Assembly: GCA_943359455.1 (NCBI GenBank)
Contig: CALRHL010000004.1
Coordinates: 1 to 54,916 of the forward strand
Length of the DNA stretch: 54,916 nt
Direction: 5' to 3'
From: Candidatus Uhrbacteria bacterium RIFOXYB12_FULL_58_10
GTDB lineage: Bacteria > Patescibacteriota > Patescibacteriia > UBA9934 > GWF2-40-263
The notes beneath the pieces are model-generated. The model was not told the DNA's origin and did no database searches. It was given only the letters and a program-made list of their open reading frames with translations. Of this stretch, positions 26,585 to 36,531 are shown in pieces. A program made the translations under genes and the position numbers. Every line of letters begins with the position of its first letter. Position 1 is the stretch's first letter.

Positions 26585-26604
26585 TAACCATCTCGAGAAA
26601 TTTT

Positions 26605-28164
26605 ATGTTCGCGTATCTCCCCCATCTTATCGTCGCCCTCCTCGCTGGAGTCGGAGCCGGATATGTCATCCGTAAGCAGGTCGCCGCTCGCTCAACATCC
26701 GATGCAGAAGGTCGTGCAGAAAAAATTCTGCACGAAGCCAAAGAAAAAGCACAAGAAACGTTGAACGAAGCAAAAAATAAGCATCAGGAGTTGCTTTTGG
26801 ATGCAAAGGATAAATCGCTTAAAGTAATGGAGGAGTCGAAGCGTGAAGAACAAACCAGGCGTCTAGAACTTACCGAAATGCAAAAACGTTTGGAAAAGCG
26901 TGAGACGATGTTTGATACGAAGCTGATTGAAATTGAAGATAAAAAAAATCTCCTTGAGACGAAAGAGAAGCAGATCGAAGATGCGAAAGGGGAAATTCAA
27001 TTGATTCGCCATGAACAGGCAAAGAAATTAGAGGAAATTGCGGCGCTGACAAAAGAACAGGCTGAGGAGAAACTCATGGCGGAAGTAGAAAAAATTTCTT
27101 CAGAAGCGCTCATGAGTCGGCTCAAAAAAATGGAGCAGATTGAGGAGGAAGAGGTCGAAAAACAGTCACGTAAACTTCTTTCGCTTGCCATCACACGATT
27201 TGCCTCCACACAATGTGTCGAGACGACGACGACAGCCGTTGAACTTCCTTCCGATGAAATGAAGGGACGTATTATTGGAAAAGAAGGTCGCAACATCAAA
27301 GCGATCGAAATGGAGACAGGGACGGAGATTATTGTTGATGATACTCCTGGAGCGATTACGATTTCTGGTTTTTCTCCCATTCGCCGACAGGTTGCCAAAC
27401 GTGCGCTTGAGGCATTGATCAAGGATGGACGCATTCATCCAGCTCGCATTGAAGAATCGGTCGCGGAAGCAAAAAAAGAACTGGCAACGGAAATCCGCAA
27501 AGCAGGCGAAGAAGCGCTCGCGACACTTGGAATTCCTGTCGGATCAATCGATCCAAAGCTCGTTTCAATTCTTGGACGTTTGAAGTTCCGCACGTCGTAC
27601 GGTCAGAACGTTCTGCAACATTCCATTGAGGTAGCGCAATTGTCCGCGATGATGGCTGAAGAACTCGGAGCGGATGTGTTTGTCTGTAAAAAAGGCGGGT
27701 TGTTTCATGATATCGGAAAAGCAGTCGACCACGACATGGCCGGCGCGCATCCAGAAATTGGCTACAACATCATGAGAAAGTTCGGATTTCCAGAAGAACT
27801 CGCCTACCAGTCGATCGCTCATCATGAAGACAAACCACGCACCGTTGAAGGAGCGATCGTAAAAGCCGCCGATGCCATTTCTGGTTCACGTCCTGGCGCA
27901 CGCAAAGCATCATTCGAACAGTTCATTCAGCGCATGGAAGAGCTCGAACGCACCGCATCTTCATTTGATGGTGTCGAAAAAGTGTACGCGATCCAAGCTG
28001 GTCGCGAAGTGCGCGTATTCGTCACCCCAGAACGTATCGACGATCTCACCGCATTCAAACTCGCTCGCGATATTGCAAACAAAATCGAAGCAGAGTTGAA
28101 CTACCCAGGAGAAGTTCGTGTCACTGTGATCCGTCAGACACGTGTGGTAGAATACGCTAGATAG
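26605..28164 (+). CDS. rny: ribonuclease Y
   Basis: N-terminal TM, coiled coil, KH KGRIIGKEGRNI, HD domain FRTSYGQN..H, HDIGKA. Confidence 0.97.
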   Translation: MFAYLPHLIVALLAGVGAGYVIRKQVAARSTSDAEGRAEKILHEAKEKAQETLNEAKNKHQELLLDAKDKSLKVMEESKREEQTRRLELTEMQKRLEKRETMFDTKLIEIEDKKNLLETKEKQIEDAKGEIQLIRHEQAKKLEEIAALTKEQAEEKLMAEVEKISSEALMSRLKKMEQIEEEEVEKQSRKLLSLAITRFASTQCVETTTTAVELPSDEMKGRIIGKEGRNIKAIEMETGTEIIVDDTPGAITISGFSPIRRQVAKRALEALIKDGRIHPARIEESVAEAKKELATEIRKAGEEALATLGIPVGSIDPKLVSILGRLKFRTSYGQNVLQHSIEVAQLSAMMAEELGADVFVCKKGGLFHDIGKAVDHDMAGAHPEIGYNIMRKFGFPEELAYQSIAHHEDKPRTVEGAIVKAADAISGSRPGARKASFEQFIQRMEELERTASSFDGVEKVYAIQAGREVRVFVTPERIDDLTAFKLARDIANKIEAELNYPGEVRVTVIRQTRVVEYAR

Positions 28165-28242
28165 TGCTATACTCAGAGAAATAAGACGATGGCTGTGGAT
28201 CTTCCGTAGTTCCGTAGCTGTCTGTAGGTTCGTATCAACATT

Positions 28243-28527
28243 ATGAACAAAGCAGAACTTGCGATGCGGATTGCGGACCGACTTGGATTGTCCAAGAAAG
28301 TCGGCGAAGATGTTATTGAAACGTTTGAGGACATTGTCACCGCCACACTCGTTTCTGGTGGCGAAGTCACAATCGCCGGTTTCGGCACCTTCTCCGCCCG
28401 CGTCCGCCAAGGCCGCATGGGAGTGAATCCACAACGCCCAACAGAAAAAATCCAAATTCCATCTGTCACCGTGCCGAAATTTAAGGCAGGCAAGGCGTTA
28501 AAAGACGCACTAAAAGGTAAGACATAG
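28243..28527 (+). CDS. hup: HU family DNA-binding protein
   Basis: MNKAEL, GFGTF, GVNP, PKFKAGKALKD. Confidence 0.93.
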   Translation: MNKAELAMRIADRLGLSKKVGEDVIETFEDIVTATLVSGGEVTIAGFGTFSARVRQGRMGVNPQRPTEKIQIPSVTVPKFKAGKALKDALKGKT

Positions 28528-28531
28528 CGCC

Positions 28532-28569
28532 AAAAATAAAACGCGAGAGATCAGCTCTCGCGTTTTTTT
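28532..28569. terminator. bidirectional intrinsic terminator
   Basis: aaaacgcgagag-atcag-ctctcgcgtttt with A- and T-runs on either side, between convergent genes. Confidence 0.85.
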
Positions 28570-29332
28570 ATTTGCTTGGTATTTTTGCAGATATCCAGAG
28601 AAGATCGAATGTGGATCTCAGGGTAACAGCAATATCACCACTGGCAACGAGGATAACAGAGTTTTCCTTACGAGTCGTAATGAAGGCAACTTCATTTCCG
28701 AAAACAAGAATCGTTGCGGGAAGTTTCACGGATGAAGACAAATATCGAGACTCACGCAATTGATAAGCATCGGTTGCAACGACTTTTTTTGTTTGGGTAT
28801 TTTCCGGAAGCAACTGTCGACTCTTGATCCCAAGTTTCATGCGAGTCGCGACAACATGCTTGATCAGATATTCTTCACGGACATATTCACGCATGCCAAT
28901 TGCACTTGTCAGTAAACAATACTCTTTCACGCCGGAATGAAATAACTTCTGCCAAAACTGTCGAAATCCATCTGTTCCTTCATACATCGTTACTCCTGCA
29001 GATTCACCTGTCGTTGCACAAAGAGATTCCAAATCCGGCAAAATTTCCCGAAAAGTTTTTTCTCGATCTTCTAATCGTTTCAAGAACGTTGCGGGTGGCT
29101 CCGCAGCATATTGTGTACGACCTTTTACTTTGCGCAACCGAAAAAATCCGCGCCGACACAAGTTTTCAAGAATCGGGTAGAGGGTCGTCCGTGGCAACTC
29201 TGTGTGACGAGAGAGCTCAAGCACCGTTATCGACCCTGCTTGCAACCCAGCAAGATAAATCGTGGACTCTTTATCGTCAAACCCATACGAAATAAGTGCT
29301 TCACGAACACGTCGATGATCTTTCATACGCAT
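28568..29332 (-). CDS. TrmB-family HTH transcriptional regulator
   Basis: GFDDKESTIYL...ELPRTTLYPILENL..RG, AEPP, YEGTDG, IKSRQL, LRESRYL; start uncertain (29326-29344). Confidence 0.85.
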   Translation of the reverse strand: MRMKDHRRVREALISYGFDDKESTIYLAGLQAGSITVLELSRHTELPRTTLYPILENLCRRGFFRLRKVKGRTQYAAEPPATFLKRLEDREKTFREILPDLESLCATTGESAGVTMYEGTDGFRQFWQKLFHSGVKEYCLLTSAIGMREYVREEYLIKHVVATRMKLGIKSRQLLPENTQTKKVVATDAYQLRESRYLSSSVKLPATILVFGNEVAFITTRKENSVILVASGDIAVTLRSTFDLLWISAKIPSK

Positions 29333-29372
29333 ATAGTTCACCATACCATGCCAGAGATGAAAGACGAATTGT

Positions 29373-29416
29373 TGTCGAAAAAACCGACAGATCCTCTAGG
29401 CAGGTTTTCGACAGAT
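29373..29416. promoter_or_regulatory. candidate operator for the TrmB-like regulator
   Basis: tgtcg-N7-cgaca; tgtcgaaaa/ttttcgaca IR; cgacagat direct repeat, all in the divergent intergenic gap. Confidence 0.5.
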
Positions 29417-29456
29417 GGTAGTGTACTGGTAGATCCTTCACCATAGGAGGTGGATC

Positions 29457-29813
29457 ATGGAACGTCTCTTCCTACTTGTCGGAACGCATTTCCTTGGCGA
29501 CTTCCCTTTCCAGAGCGACTGGATGGTGAACTTCAAGGGAAAAGACTTCGTAATCACGGTCGACGACAAAAAGAAACTCGTCGCCAGATGGCCCGAAGTG
29601 CTGTTCTACCATGTCGCGGTGTACGTCTCAACGATGTACCTGTTCATGCGCGTGTGCGGCTACCACCCAACAGCACAAGGTGTTGCTGTCGATGCGGTAA
29701 CCCACTACTTCATCGACATCCTCAAATGTCGCGGGGTCATCCGGTGGATCTGGCTCGACCAGCTGTGTCATCTCACCGTTCGCACGAGCTTGTGGTATGT
29801 GGGGTGGCTGTAA
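29457..29813 (+). CDS. DUF3307-like membrane protein
   Basis: HFLGDFPFQSDWM..K, LFYH, THYFID, WLDQLCH; strong SD aggaggt. Confidence 0.8.
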   Translation: MERLFLLVGTHFLGDFPFQSDWMVNFKGKDFVITVDDKKKLVARWPEVLFYHVAVYVSTMYLFMRVCGYHPTAQGVAVDAVTHYFIDILKCRGVIRWIWLDQLCHLTVRTSLWYVGWL

Positions 29814-29826
29814 GGAAAATCTAAAA

Positions 29827-29876
29827 GCGGCCCGACTCACCGGGCCGCCTGCCTCGTTCGACGGGGCTCTTTTTTT
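29827..29876 (+). terminator. tandem hairpins / intrinsic terminator
   Basis: gcggcccg/cgggccgc then gcctcgt/acggggc + T7. Confidence 0.75.
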
Positions 29877-30420
29877 ATTCGAATTGGAACGATGGCAACA
29901 CTCCTTCAAACGCTGATTCTTGATTCAAAAAGACAGACACGATAATCGTTGAACCGTTTGTGTCAAACAAATAGTGCGTTTTATCCTGTTTCATCTCCGT
30001 CGTACTTGTCACTTTTTTCATGGCGATTCCGTTCACGGTCACATCCTCCACATTCGTCACCTTTACCGCTCCATTTGGATTTGTCGCTTCTAAAGAAATT
30101 TTGAATCCGTCGGCGGTGATCGCAGGTGTTACCGCGTAAAAATACGCGATCGTCGTCGGCTTCGTGTCCATCACGATATCACGCAAGGAAACGAAAAAGT
30201 CAACATTCATTCCCAAGTAGTCCGTCGCCCGCGTTTCGTCGGTGCGATTATGCACATCCATGGATTTTGGATAATCAAATCCAAATCCATACTGCGAGTT
30301 CTGATACCCTGTCGACTGTTCTGTTTCCGCTGGCGCCGTCGATGGTGACAGTGGGAAGCTTCTGCAGCCGAAACCAGCAACAGCAATAAGAGATAAGCTA
30401 GCGAGCAAATGTTTCAACAT
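29875..30420 (-). CDS. putative lipoprotein (PsbP/Mog1-like fold possible)
   Basis: MLKHLLASLSLIAVAGFGC lipobox-like signal; YQNSQYGFGFDYP; VTVNGI; ends SFQFE. Confidence 0.7.
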   Translation of the reverse strand: MLKHLLASLSLIAVAGFGCRSFPLSPSTAPAETEQSTGYQNSQYGFGFDYPKSMDVHNRTDETRATDYLGMNVDFFVSLRDIVMDTKPTTIAYFYAVTPAITADGFKISLEATNPNGAVKVTNVEDVTVNGIAMKKVTSTTEMKQDKTHYLFDTNGSTIIVSVFLNQESAFEGVLPSFQFE

Positions 30421-31663
30421 ACGAGACAATATCAGTGAGTGTAACAAGTTTTGATTCTGTTGACGCACGCTCTTTCCATTCGATAGATGACTGCGCGAGT
30501 GATTTTTCAGAAACAACAAGTCGAAGTGGCATCCCGAGCAAGTCCGCATCAGCAAATTTTTCTCCAGCAGAAACTCCGACACGATCATCCCAGAGAACTT
30601 CAACTCCCGCACGAGTTAGTTGATCGTACAAATCTGTCGCAGACTGTTGAACGCGTTCATGCACCGCCACATCTTTTGAACCAATCGACACAACATGGAC
30701 CGCAAATGGAGCGACAGACTTCGGCCAAATAATGCCACGTTCGTCATGAGACACTTCGACAATCGAACCCATGAGACGCGACATGCCAATTCCATAACAA
30801 CCCATCCAGACTTTTCCTTGTGTTCCATCTTCGAGCGTTACCGTGAATCCAAAATCATCCGCAAAGCGCGTTGATAATTTGAAAATATTTCCAACTTCGA
30901 TTGCCTTTGTCTCGATAATTTTTCCATCACACTTCGGACAGATGTCCCCATTCTTCACCTCAGCAATTTCACGATTCACCGCCCAGCGACATTTGTCACA
31001 AACGTAAATCAGATCTTCACCGTATGGTGTTACAACTTGATACTCATGACTGTACTTTGAAAACACTCCTCCAGATGCTTCCGTCTTGATTGCATCGAGT
31101 CCCATGCGGTTAAACAGATGGGTGTATTGTTCGGCAACGGTGTCGTAGTACGTTTCTAGATCTGCTTCTGACCTGTGGAACGAATACATATCCTTCATCG
31201 AAAATTCGCGACCTCGAAGCAATCCAGATTTTGCACGCGCCTCATTGCGAAATTTGTCCTGAATTTGATATGCCGAACAGGGCAAATCTTTGTACGATTT
31301 CACAAACGCTTGCACAAGCGGCGTGACGACTTCCTCATGCGTTGGACCAAGCGCAAACTCTTTGTCCCCTGCCCCCGTGAGTTTATACAACACATCAATC
31401 GAATCCCAACGCTTCGTCGTTTCCCACGGTGCTTTCGGAATCAAGGCAGGCATGAGTACTTCCTGTCCTCCAACCATATTCATTTCTTCGCGGACGATCG
31501 CTTTGATTTTGTTGAGAACACGCAGTCCAAGCGGCAAAAACGTATAAATGCCCGCCGCAAGCTGATTTACAAATCCACCCTGAATAAGCAACCGCGCATT
31601 CGTCGAATCTGCATCCGCTGGAGCCATTTTGTTGGTTTTCGCAAAAAGGTGAGAATACTTCAT
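30398..31663 (-). CDS. proS: proline--tRNA ligase (short form without INS editing domain)
   Basis: LGPTHEE, QIQDKFRNEAR..GLLRGREF.MKD.YSF, IEVGNIF, MGCYGIG, KFADADLLG. Confidence 0.96.
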   Translation of the reverse strand: MKYSHLFAKTNKMAPADADSTNARLLIQGGFVNQLAAGIYTFLPLGLRVLNKIKAIVREEMNMVGGQEVLMPALIPKAPWETTKRWDSIDVLYKLTGAGDKEFALGPTHEEVVTPLVQAFVKSYKDLPCSAYQIQDKFRNEARAKSGLLRGREFSMKDMYSFHRSEADLETYYDTVAEQYTHLFNRMGLDAIKTEASGGVFSKYSHEYQVVTPYGEDLIYVCDKCRWAVNREIAEVKNGDICPKCDGKIIETKAIEVGNIFKLSTRFADDFGFTVTLEDGTQGKVWMGCYGIGMSRLMGSIVEVSHDERGIIWPKSVAPFAVHVVSIGSKDVAVHERVQQSATDLYDQLTRAGVEVLWDDRVGVSAGEKFADADLLGMPLRLVVSEKSLAQSSIEWKERASTESKLVTLTDIVSYVETFAR

Positions 31664-31736
31664 ATCGCACGGATCGTATCAAACCCTTGATCAATCTTCA
31701 AGTATTTGATAGAGTCTCTCCACGAAAGGAGTGCTA

Positions 31737-32231
31737 ATGCTGCTGCTCATTCTATTCCGTTGCACAGCTGGTGATGACGACGAAACGTGGCCAATAGATG
31801 AAGAAATGGCTGCACTCGAAAAAGAGATTCCCTTCAACCTCCGGACCGTACAAACATGTGCGGTTTTGTCGGAACACTCACCAACATTTCCGGAGCGACT
31901 TGTCTTTTTGTACAAGCTCGACGGAAAAGGCATTGATGCGCAGGCTGAACTGATTGCAGTGACAACAACGCGATTGCGCTGTGGAGAAGTTCATCTCGCA
32001 TTAAAACCTGGAAAAGAAGGGACGAACGTGATGATGGATTTCATGTCGCCGAAAGATCCAGTCGTCATCGACGAACTGCGCATCTATCCGCGTCTCACCA
32101 ATTGGTCTGAACAAGATCCGTACGCTGTCGCGAAAGAGACTCATATTCCATGGAGCGATTACGTCTTCCGAGTGAACCAGATCGCACCTGCAACTGACGA
32201 TGTCTCTACAATCCTCGTGGGACAACAATGA
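31737..32231 (+). CDS. hypothetical protein, probably secreted
   Basis: SD gaaaggag; hydrophobic N-terminus; fills the gap between proS and tsf. Confidence 0.6.
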   Translation: MLLLILFRCTAGDDDETWPIDEEMAALEKEIPFNLRTVQTCAVLSEHSPTFPERLVFLYKLDGKGIDAQAELIAVTTTRLRCGEVHLALKPGKEGTNVMMDFMSPKDPVVIDELRIYPRLTNWSEQDPYAVAKETHIPWSDYVFRVNQIAPATDDVSTILVGQQ

Positions 32232-32354
32232 TCATCGAAATAATCATGAACTTCTTTCAACGACTGTGTGGCTTCCCTAATTACGAGCCGATCTACGAAG
32301 CACCACCAACTCAAAAACGCACCGACTAACGTGCGTTTTTTTCTTATCGTCTTC

Positions 32355-32942
32355 CTATCCAATCATGAATCGCGAGAATCGACTCACTTGGATATTTTCA
32401 CCAATCGTTGCAACTTTTCCTTTGATGAACTCGTCAACGGTCTTGTCTTCGTCTTTAATGAACGCCTGCTCGAGCAGACAAATATCGCTGTAATATTTGT
32501 TCAACTTACCTTCGACAATTTTTTCGACAATCTCTGCGGGTTTCGCTTGCTCAGCCATTTCTGCGCGAAATAATTCTTTTTGCTTTTCAATCAGATCCAC
32601 AGGAACGTCTTCGCGTTTTACATAGAGTGGGTCAGAAGCAGAAATGTGCATCGCGATATCATGGCACATCGCGATAAATCCTTCGGTGCGTGCAACGAAG
32701 TCCGTCTCACATAACACTTCAACCATAGCCCCGAGTTTCGCGTTGCCATGTAGGTACGCATGCACACGACCTTCTTTGGTCGCGCGTTCCGTTTTCGAAG
32801 CTGCTTTCACGAGCCCTTTCACTCGTAATGCATCCGCAGCTGAAGCGAGATCACCATTCGTTTCTTCTAAAGCACGCTTGGCATCCATCATGCCTGCACC
32901 GGTCATTTCGCGAAGTTGAGAAACAAGTTTTGCGTCAATCAT
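32355..32942 (-). CDS. tsf: elongation factor Ts (short form)
   Basis: LREMTGAGMMDAK, CETDFVA, IAMHI, LLEQAFIKD. Confidence 0.96.
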   Translation of the reverse strand: MIDAKLVSQLREMTGAGMMDAKRALEETNGDLASAADALRVKGLVKAASKTERATKEGRVHAYLHGNAKLGAMVEVLCETDFVARTEGFIAMCHDIAMHISASDPLYVKREDVPVDLIEKQKELFRAEMAEQAKPAEIVEKIVEGKLNKYYSDICLLEQAFIKDEDKTVDEFIKGKVATIGENIQVSRFSRFMIG

Positions 32943-32963
32943 AGAAAAAGGAGCGTTAGTTGT

Positions 32964-33716
32964 TTAGACGGCAACAGGTTTTACAACATCGGTAGGTTTC
33001 TGTGCAGCGACGGCGGCAGCGATCTTCACGGCTTCTGCTTTTCCTTCCTGGACAGCCTCCGCAACAAGACGTGTGATCAATTCGATCGCCTTTACCGCAT
33101 CATCGTTAGAAGGGATCACATAGTCAACACCTCCTGGATTCACATTGGTATCACACATCGCAACAACTTTTGTTCCCGTTGTGTTCGCTTCGTCAACAGC
33201 CGTTTTCTCTGTGCGAATATCCACGACAAAAATCGCTTCTGGTGGTTTTTCAAGCAATTGAATTCCTCCTACCTTTTCTTCTTTTTCCAAAATTTCACGA
33301 TCGAGAATAATCTGTTCTTTTTTCGTGTATTTTTTCAACTCACCCTTTTCGCGCTGATCTTTAAGGGTGCGTAAACGTTTGAGAGTAATTTTCAACTGAA
33401 CAAAGTTTGTGAGTGTCCCTCCAAGCCAACGACCGGTCACATGTGGCATGCCACACTGCTCCGCATACTTACGAACGATCGGCTGTGCTTGACGCTTCGT
33501 ACCCACAAACATCACATTACCACCACGAGCCACAACAGACTTCACATACTCAAGCGCCTGTGGAAGCATGGTTTGCGTTTTTTCCAGATCCACAATGTGA
33601 ATTCCTCCACGCGAACCAAAAATATAATCCGCCATCTTCGGATGCCAACGCGACGTCTGGTGCCCAAAGTGCACTCCTGCCTGTAACATGTCAACTAAAC
33701 TAGGCATTTTTGCCAT
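32964..33716 (-). CDS. rpsB: 30S ribosomal protein S2
   Basis: AGVHFGHQTSRWHPKM, FVGTK, RWLGGTLTN, DTN, PSNDDA; start MAKMP after SD aggag. Confidence 0.97.
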   Translation of the reverse strand: MAKMPSLVDMLQAGVHFGHQTSRWHPKMADYIFGSRGGIHIVDLEKTQTMLPQALEYVKSVVARGGNVMFVGTKRQAQPIVRKYAEQCGMPHVTGRWLGGTLTNFVQLKITLKRLRTLKDQREKGELKKYTKKEQIILDREILEKEEKVGGIQLLEKPPEAIFVVDIRTEKTAVDEANTTGTKVVAMCDTNVNPGGVDYVIPSNDDAVKAIELITRLVAEAVQEGKAEAVKIAAAVAAQKPTDVVKPVAV

Positions 33717-33719
33717 ATT

Positions 33720-33825
33720 GAATCTCCTTTTTACACCGAGGGCACGTTTTGGCCCTCCAATATATGTTGAGCTGAGCTCGACACACGTCGGAGAGAGGAG
33801 CAAAATCGCTAATTTCCCTCTGTTT
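33720..33825 (-). promoter_or_regulatory. structured rpsB 5' leader (probable autoregulatory element)
   Basis: minus strand ctccgacgtgtgtcgagc/gctcaacatatattggag long hairpin and gagggc/gccctc; TATACT upstream. Confidence 0.5.
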
Positions 33826-33863
33826 GATTTATGGCAGGAGTATAGAGGAAAGATAAAAAACGG

Positions 33864-34883
33864 TCAATGGATAAACATCGCATCACCAAATGAAAAGAAT
33901 CGATATCCAAGACGAACAGCTTCTTCATACGCATGCAGGATATTTTCTCTTCCTGCAAACGCACTCACAAGAACAAGGAGGGTCGATTTGGGAAGATGGA
34001 AGTTCGTGATAAGTCCATCGATAATTTTGAATTCAAAACCTGGGGTGATGAATAGATTCACATCTTGTGTTCCAACACGCAATTGCGTTCCTTCCAGCGC
34101 TCGGACTGTTGTCGTCCCGACAGCGATCACGCGACGCCCTTCCTGTTTCGCAAGCAAAATCCGCTTTGCTGTCTCGGCCTCAATCGTGACTAGTTCGCTA
34201 TGCATCTCATGCTCCTCAAGTGTTGCTGTCTTCACCGGTCGAAATGTCCCAATCCCAACATGAAGGGTAACAAACTCAAATTGCACTCCTTTCACTTTTA
34301 TTCGTTCAATCAGCTCAGGTGTAAAATGAAACCCCGCCGTCGGTGCTGCAACCGATCCAACCGTCTTTGCGTAGACCGTCTGATAATCATCTAACTTTTC
34401 AGGCGCTCGAGCCACATACGGCGGAACAGGAATCTCGCCGTGCAAATCGGTAAACGCGAGCACCTCCTTGATGGTTGCATTCATTTCAAGTGTCACGATT
34501 CCATCTGCCTGTTTCTCGAGCACGACCGCAACAAGCCCGCGAAGATTAATCCAGTCCCCAACAAGCACCTTCTTCCCGGGTCTTATCATCGCCGTCCATT
34601 TCGTCCCTTCCCCTCTCAACAAAAAAACCTCAATCATTTTAAATCTTCCATTTTGCATTTTGCATTCCCCGTTCAACCGCGCCTTAAACACCTTACTATC
34701 ATTCATCACCAAAACATCCCCTTCCCTCAACTCTTCTTCGATCTGAAAAAACTTTTTATGCTCCATCGCTCCCGTTTTTCGATCCATCACAAGCAACCTC
34801 GAGTGATCCCGCGGCTGAATCGATTCCTGAGCGATTTGTTCAGGTGGAAGACGATAGTCGAACAATGAGATTGGGGTTGACAT
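33864..34883 (-). CDS. queA: S-adenosylmethionine:tRNA ribosyltransferase-isomerase
   Basis: FDYRLP..IAQ, PPY, YQTVYA, SVAAPTAGFHF, TLHVGIGTF, AVGTT, TNFHLP, YRFFSFGDAM. Confidence 0.96.
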   Translation of the reverse strand: MSTPISLFDYRLPPEQIAQESIQPRDHSRLLVMDRKTGAMEHKKFFQIEEELREGDVLVMNDSKVFKARLNGECKMQNGRFKMIEVFLLRGEGTKWTAMIRPGKKVLVGDWINLRGLVAVVLEKQADGIVTLEMNATIKEVLAFTDLHGEIPVPPYVARAPEKLDDYQTVYAKTVGSVAAPTAGFHFTPELIERIKVKGVQFEFVTLHVGIGTFRPVKTATLEEHEMHSELVTIEAETAKRILLAKQEGRRVIAVGTTTVRALEGTQLRVGTQDVNLFITPGFEFKIIDGLITNFHLPKSTLLVLVSAFAGRENILHAYEEAVRLGYRFFSFGDAMFIH

Positions 34884-34924
34884 GTAAGGAAATATTGATG
34901 GTTTCGTTGTAGAATGCAACTAAC

Positions 34925-35087
34925 TTATACTATCTCCAATTAACGCTTCGGCATAGCCCGTTCAAAATTGAGGCGAGGCGAAGAGAAAAGGCTGAAGCAT
35001 ATCCGTAGATATGTTGAAGACTTTTCTCAAAGCCGCAGCCCAATTTTGGACGGGATGGTGCCGGATGGTTAGTTGGAGATAGTATTA
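34925..35087 (-). mobile_element. MITE family 2, copy 2 (163 bp)
   Basis: perfect 13-bp IR atactatctccaa / ttggagatagtat; reverse complement of 24523-24685 with few substitutions. Confidence 0.9.
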
Positions 35088-35098
35088 AAATCACAAAT

Positions 35099-36289
35099 AT
35101 GACAATCAAACAATCTGCCGCATTTATCGCCATTATGGCGACCATTACTCTTACCGGGACAGGATGCCTCTCAACTTCACGTGAGCAGACTCCTGTCGCT
35201 CGTCCGGTCGAAGTCAGTACAAAAGAAATGCCTAAATCTGTCGCGTCCGTTCCATCTCCCGCCGACACAAGTGATGTCGAAGACTGGGTGCGTTATGAAA
35301 GTTCCACGGCCGGTCAAATCGGCATGAGTTTCCTCTACCCACCAGAACTCAGTCCTGTTGTCTGGGACACAACCGCTTGGGGAACCGATTCCGTTGGTGT
35401 GGACTTTGGAGGATTCGGTGTTGCTCGCATTCCAAATACGAGCCGAGTGTCTATCTCCGAATGGTTGGACGCACAGTATCCTGAATTCGCTTTCAATCTA
35501 TCAGCCGTAAATCGTGATGATGCGTTTTATCCGGCACTCACAAGTGGAGCGTGTGAATCCTATTACGTCATGGATAACTTCGACGAAGACAACGGTCTTT
35601 CTGGAATTGGAGGAACGGTGTTCATGAATCTCGGTGATACATCTCTCTATACATTCACTCTTGCACAAGATTGGAACCAAGAACTCGGGGATCGTGTGGA
35701 AGTAATCCGAAAGATCATGGGTACGGTTGAATGGTTTGCAGAACGCGCATCGTGTTCAACAATGATCGTGGTTCAAGACGACACAGTCGGAATCTCGTTT
35801 ACTATTCCTGCGGCGTATGCACCTGTTTACACACAAGACGAGTATGGAATAGGCTCCGAAGAAACATTTGAAACAACACCTTGGACCTGTCTTACAAACC
35901 ATATATTTCTCTCTCGACTAGGCGATGCCGAATCTGTTTTCCTCTCCGTCAACGACACTTGGGAGTGTGAAGTTCCGGGACGTGATGGCTACTGGGGAGA
36001 TCAGGCCACACGATTTGATACAGAAGATGAAATCGAAACGTGGTGTCAAACGAAAGATACATGCGAATCGTTTGCCAATGCACAAGGAATCCAAATCTGG
36101 CACGCATACTCTGCATTTGTTGACGACTGGGGCGATGTCCTTTCAGACATCGACGAGTACGCCGCATGGAATCCAAACAAATCCATTCACGGAATCCTCT
36201 TCTCAAACCAAGGCTTCGTCAAAAACGGCCTCGGTCGCCAACTCACAACACTCCGTGCAATCGTCGATTCGCTAACCTTCCCCGAATAA
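35099..36289 (+). CDS. putative lipoprotein, acidic, two similar-sized domains
   Basis: signal ending LTGTGC; 396-aa ORF; GMSFLYP / GISFTIP and MGTVEW / VDSLTF parallels. Confidence 0.7.
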   Translation: MTIKQSAAFIAIMATITLTGTGCLSTSREQTPVARPVEVSTKEMPKSVASVPSPADTSDVEDWVRYESSTAGQIGMSFLYPPELSPVVWDTTAWGTDSVGVDFGGFGVARIPNTSRVSISEWLDAQYPEFAFNLSAVNRDDAFYPALTSGACESYYVMDNFDEDNGLSGIGGTVFMNLGDTSLYTFTLAQDWNQELGDRVEVIRKIMGTVEWFAERASCSTMIVVQDDTVGISFTIPAAYAPVYTQDEYGIGSEETFETTPWTCLTNHIFLSRLGDAESVFLSVNDTWECEVPGRDGYWGDQATRFDTEDEIETWCQTKDTCESFANAQGIQIWHAYSAFVDDWGDVLSDIDEYAAWNPNKSIHGILFSNQGFVKNGLGRQLTTLRAIVDSLTFPE

Positions 36290-36303
36290 CCCTTCCGACA
36301 TCC

Positions 36304-36357
36304 AAACACCCAATAACCAAGTTGAAGCATATGCGTCAACTTGGTTATTGGGTGTTT
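36304..36357. terminator. 22-bp perfect hairpin / strong terminator
   Basis: aaacacccaataaccaagttga / tcaacttggttattgggtgttt. Confidence 0.75.
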
Positions 36358-36400
36358 TGTCGTTTCATTCTATTCTGAGACCATTTTTCTGAGAAAACGT

Positions 36401-36437
36401 GAGATTGCTTCGTCGGCTGAGGCCTTCTCGCAATGAC
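36401..36437. repeat. half copy of the truB-type REP-like element
   Basis: gagattgcttcg...ctcgcaatgac matches the 3' arm of 25916-25983. Confidence 0.75.
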
Positions 36438-36531
36438 AGACGTTCTGAATTTTGCAACGGTCGCTCTACTCTACATCGCTCTACTCTATTCTTGACAAAA
36501 CCCACTTTTTGTGATATGATTCGCTCAAATT

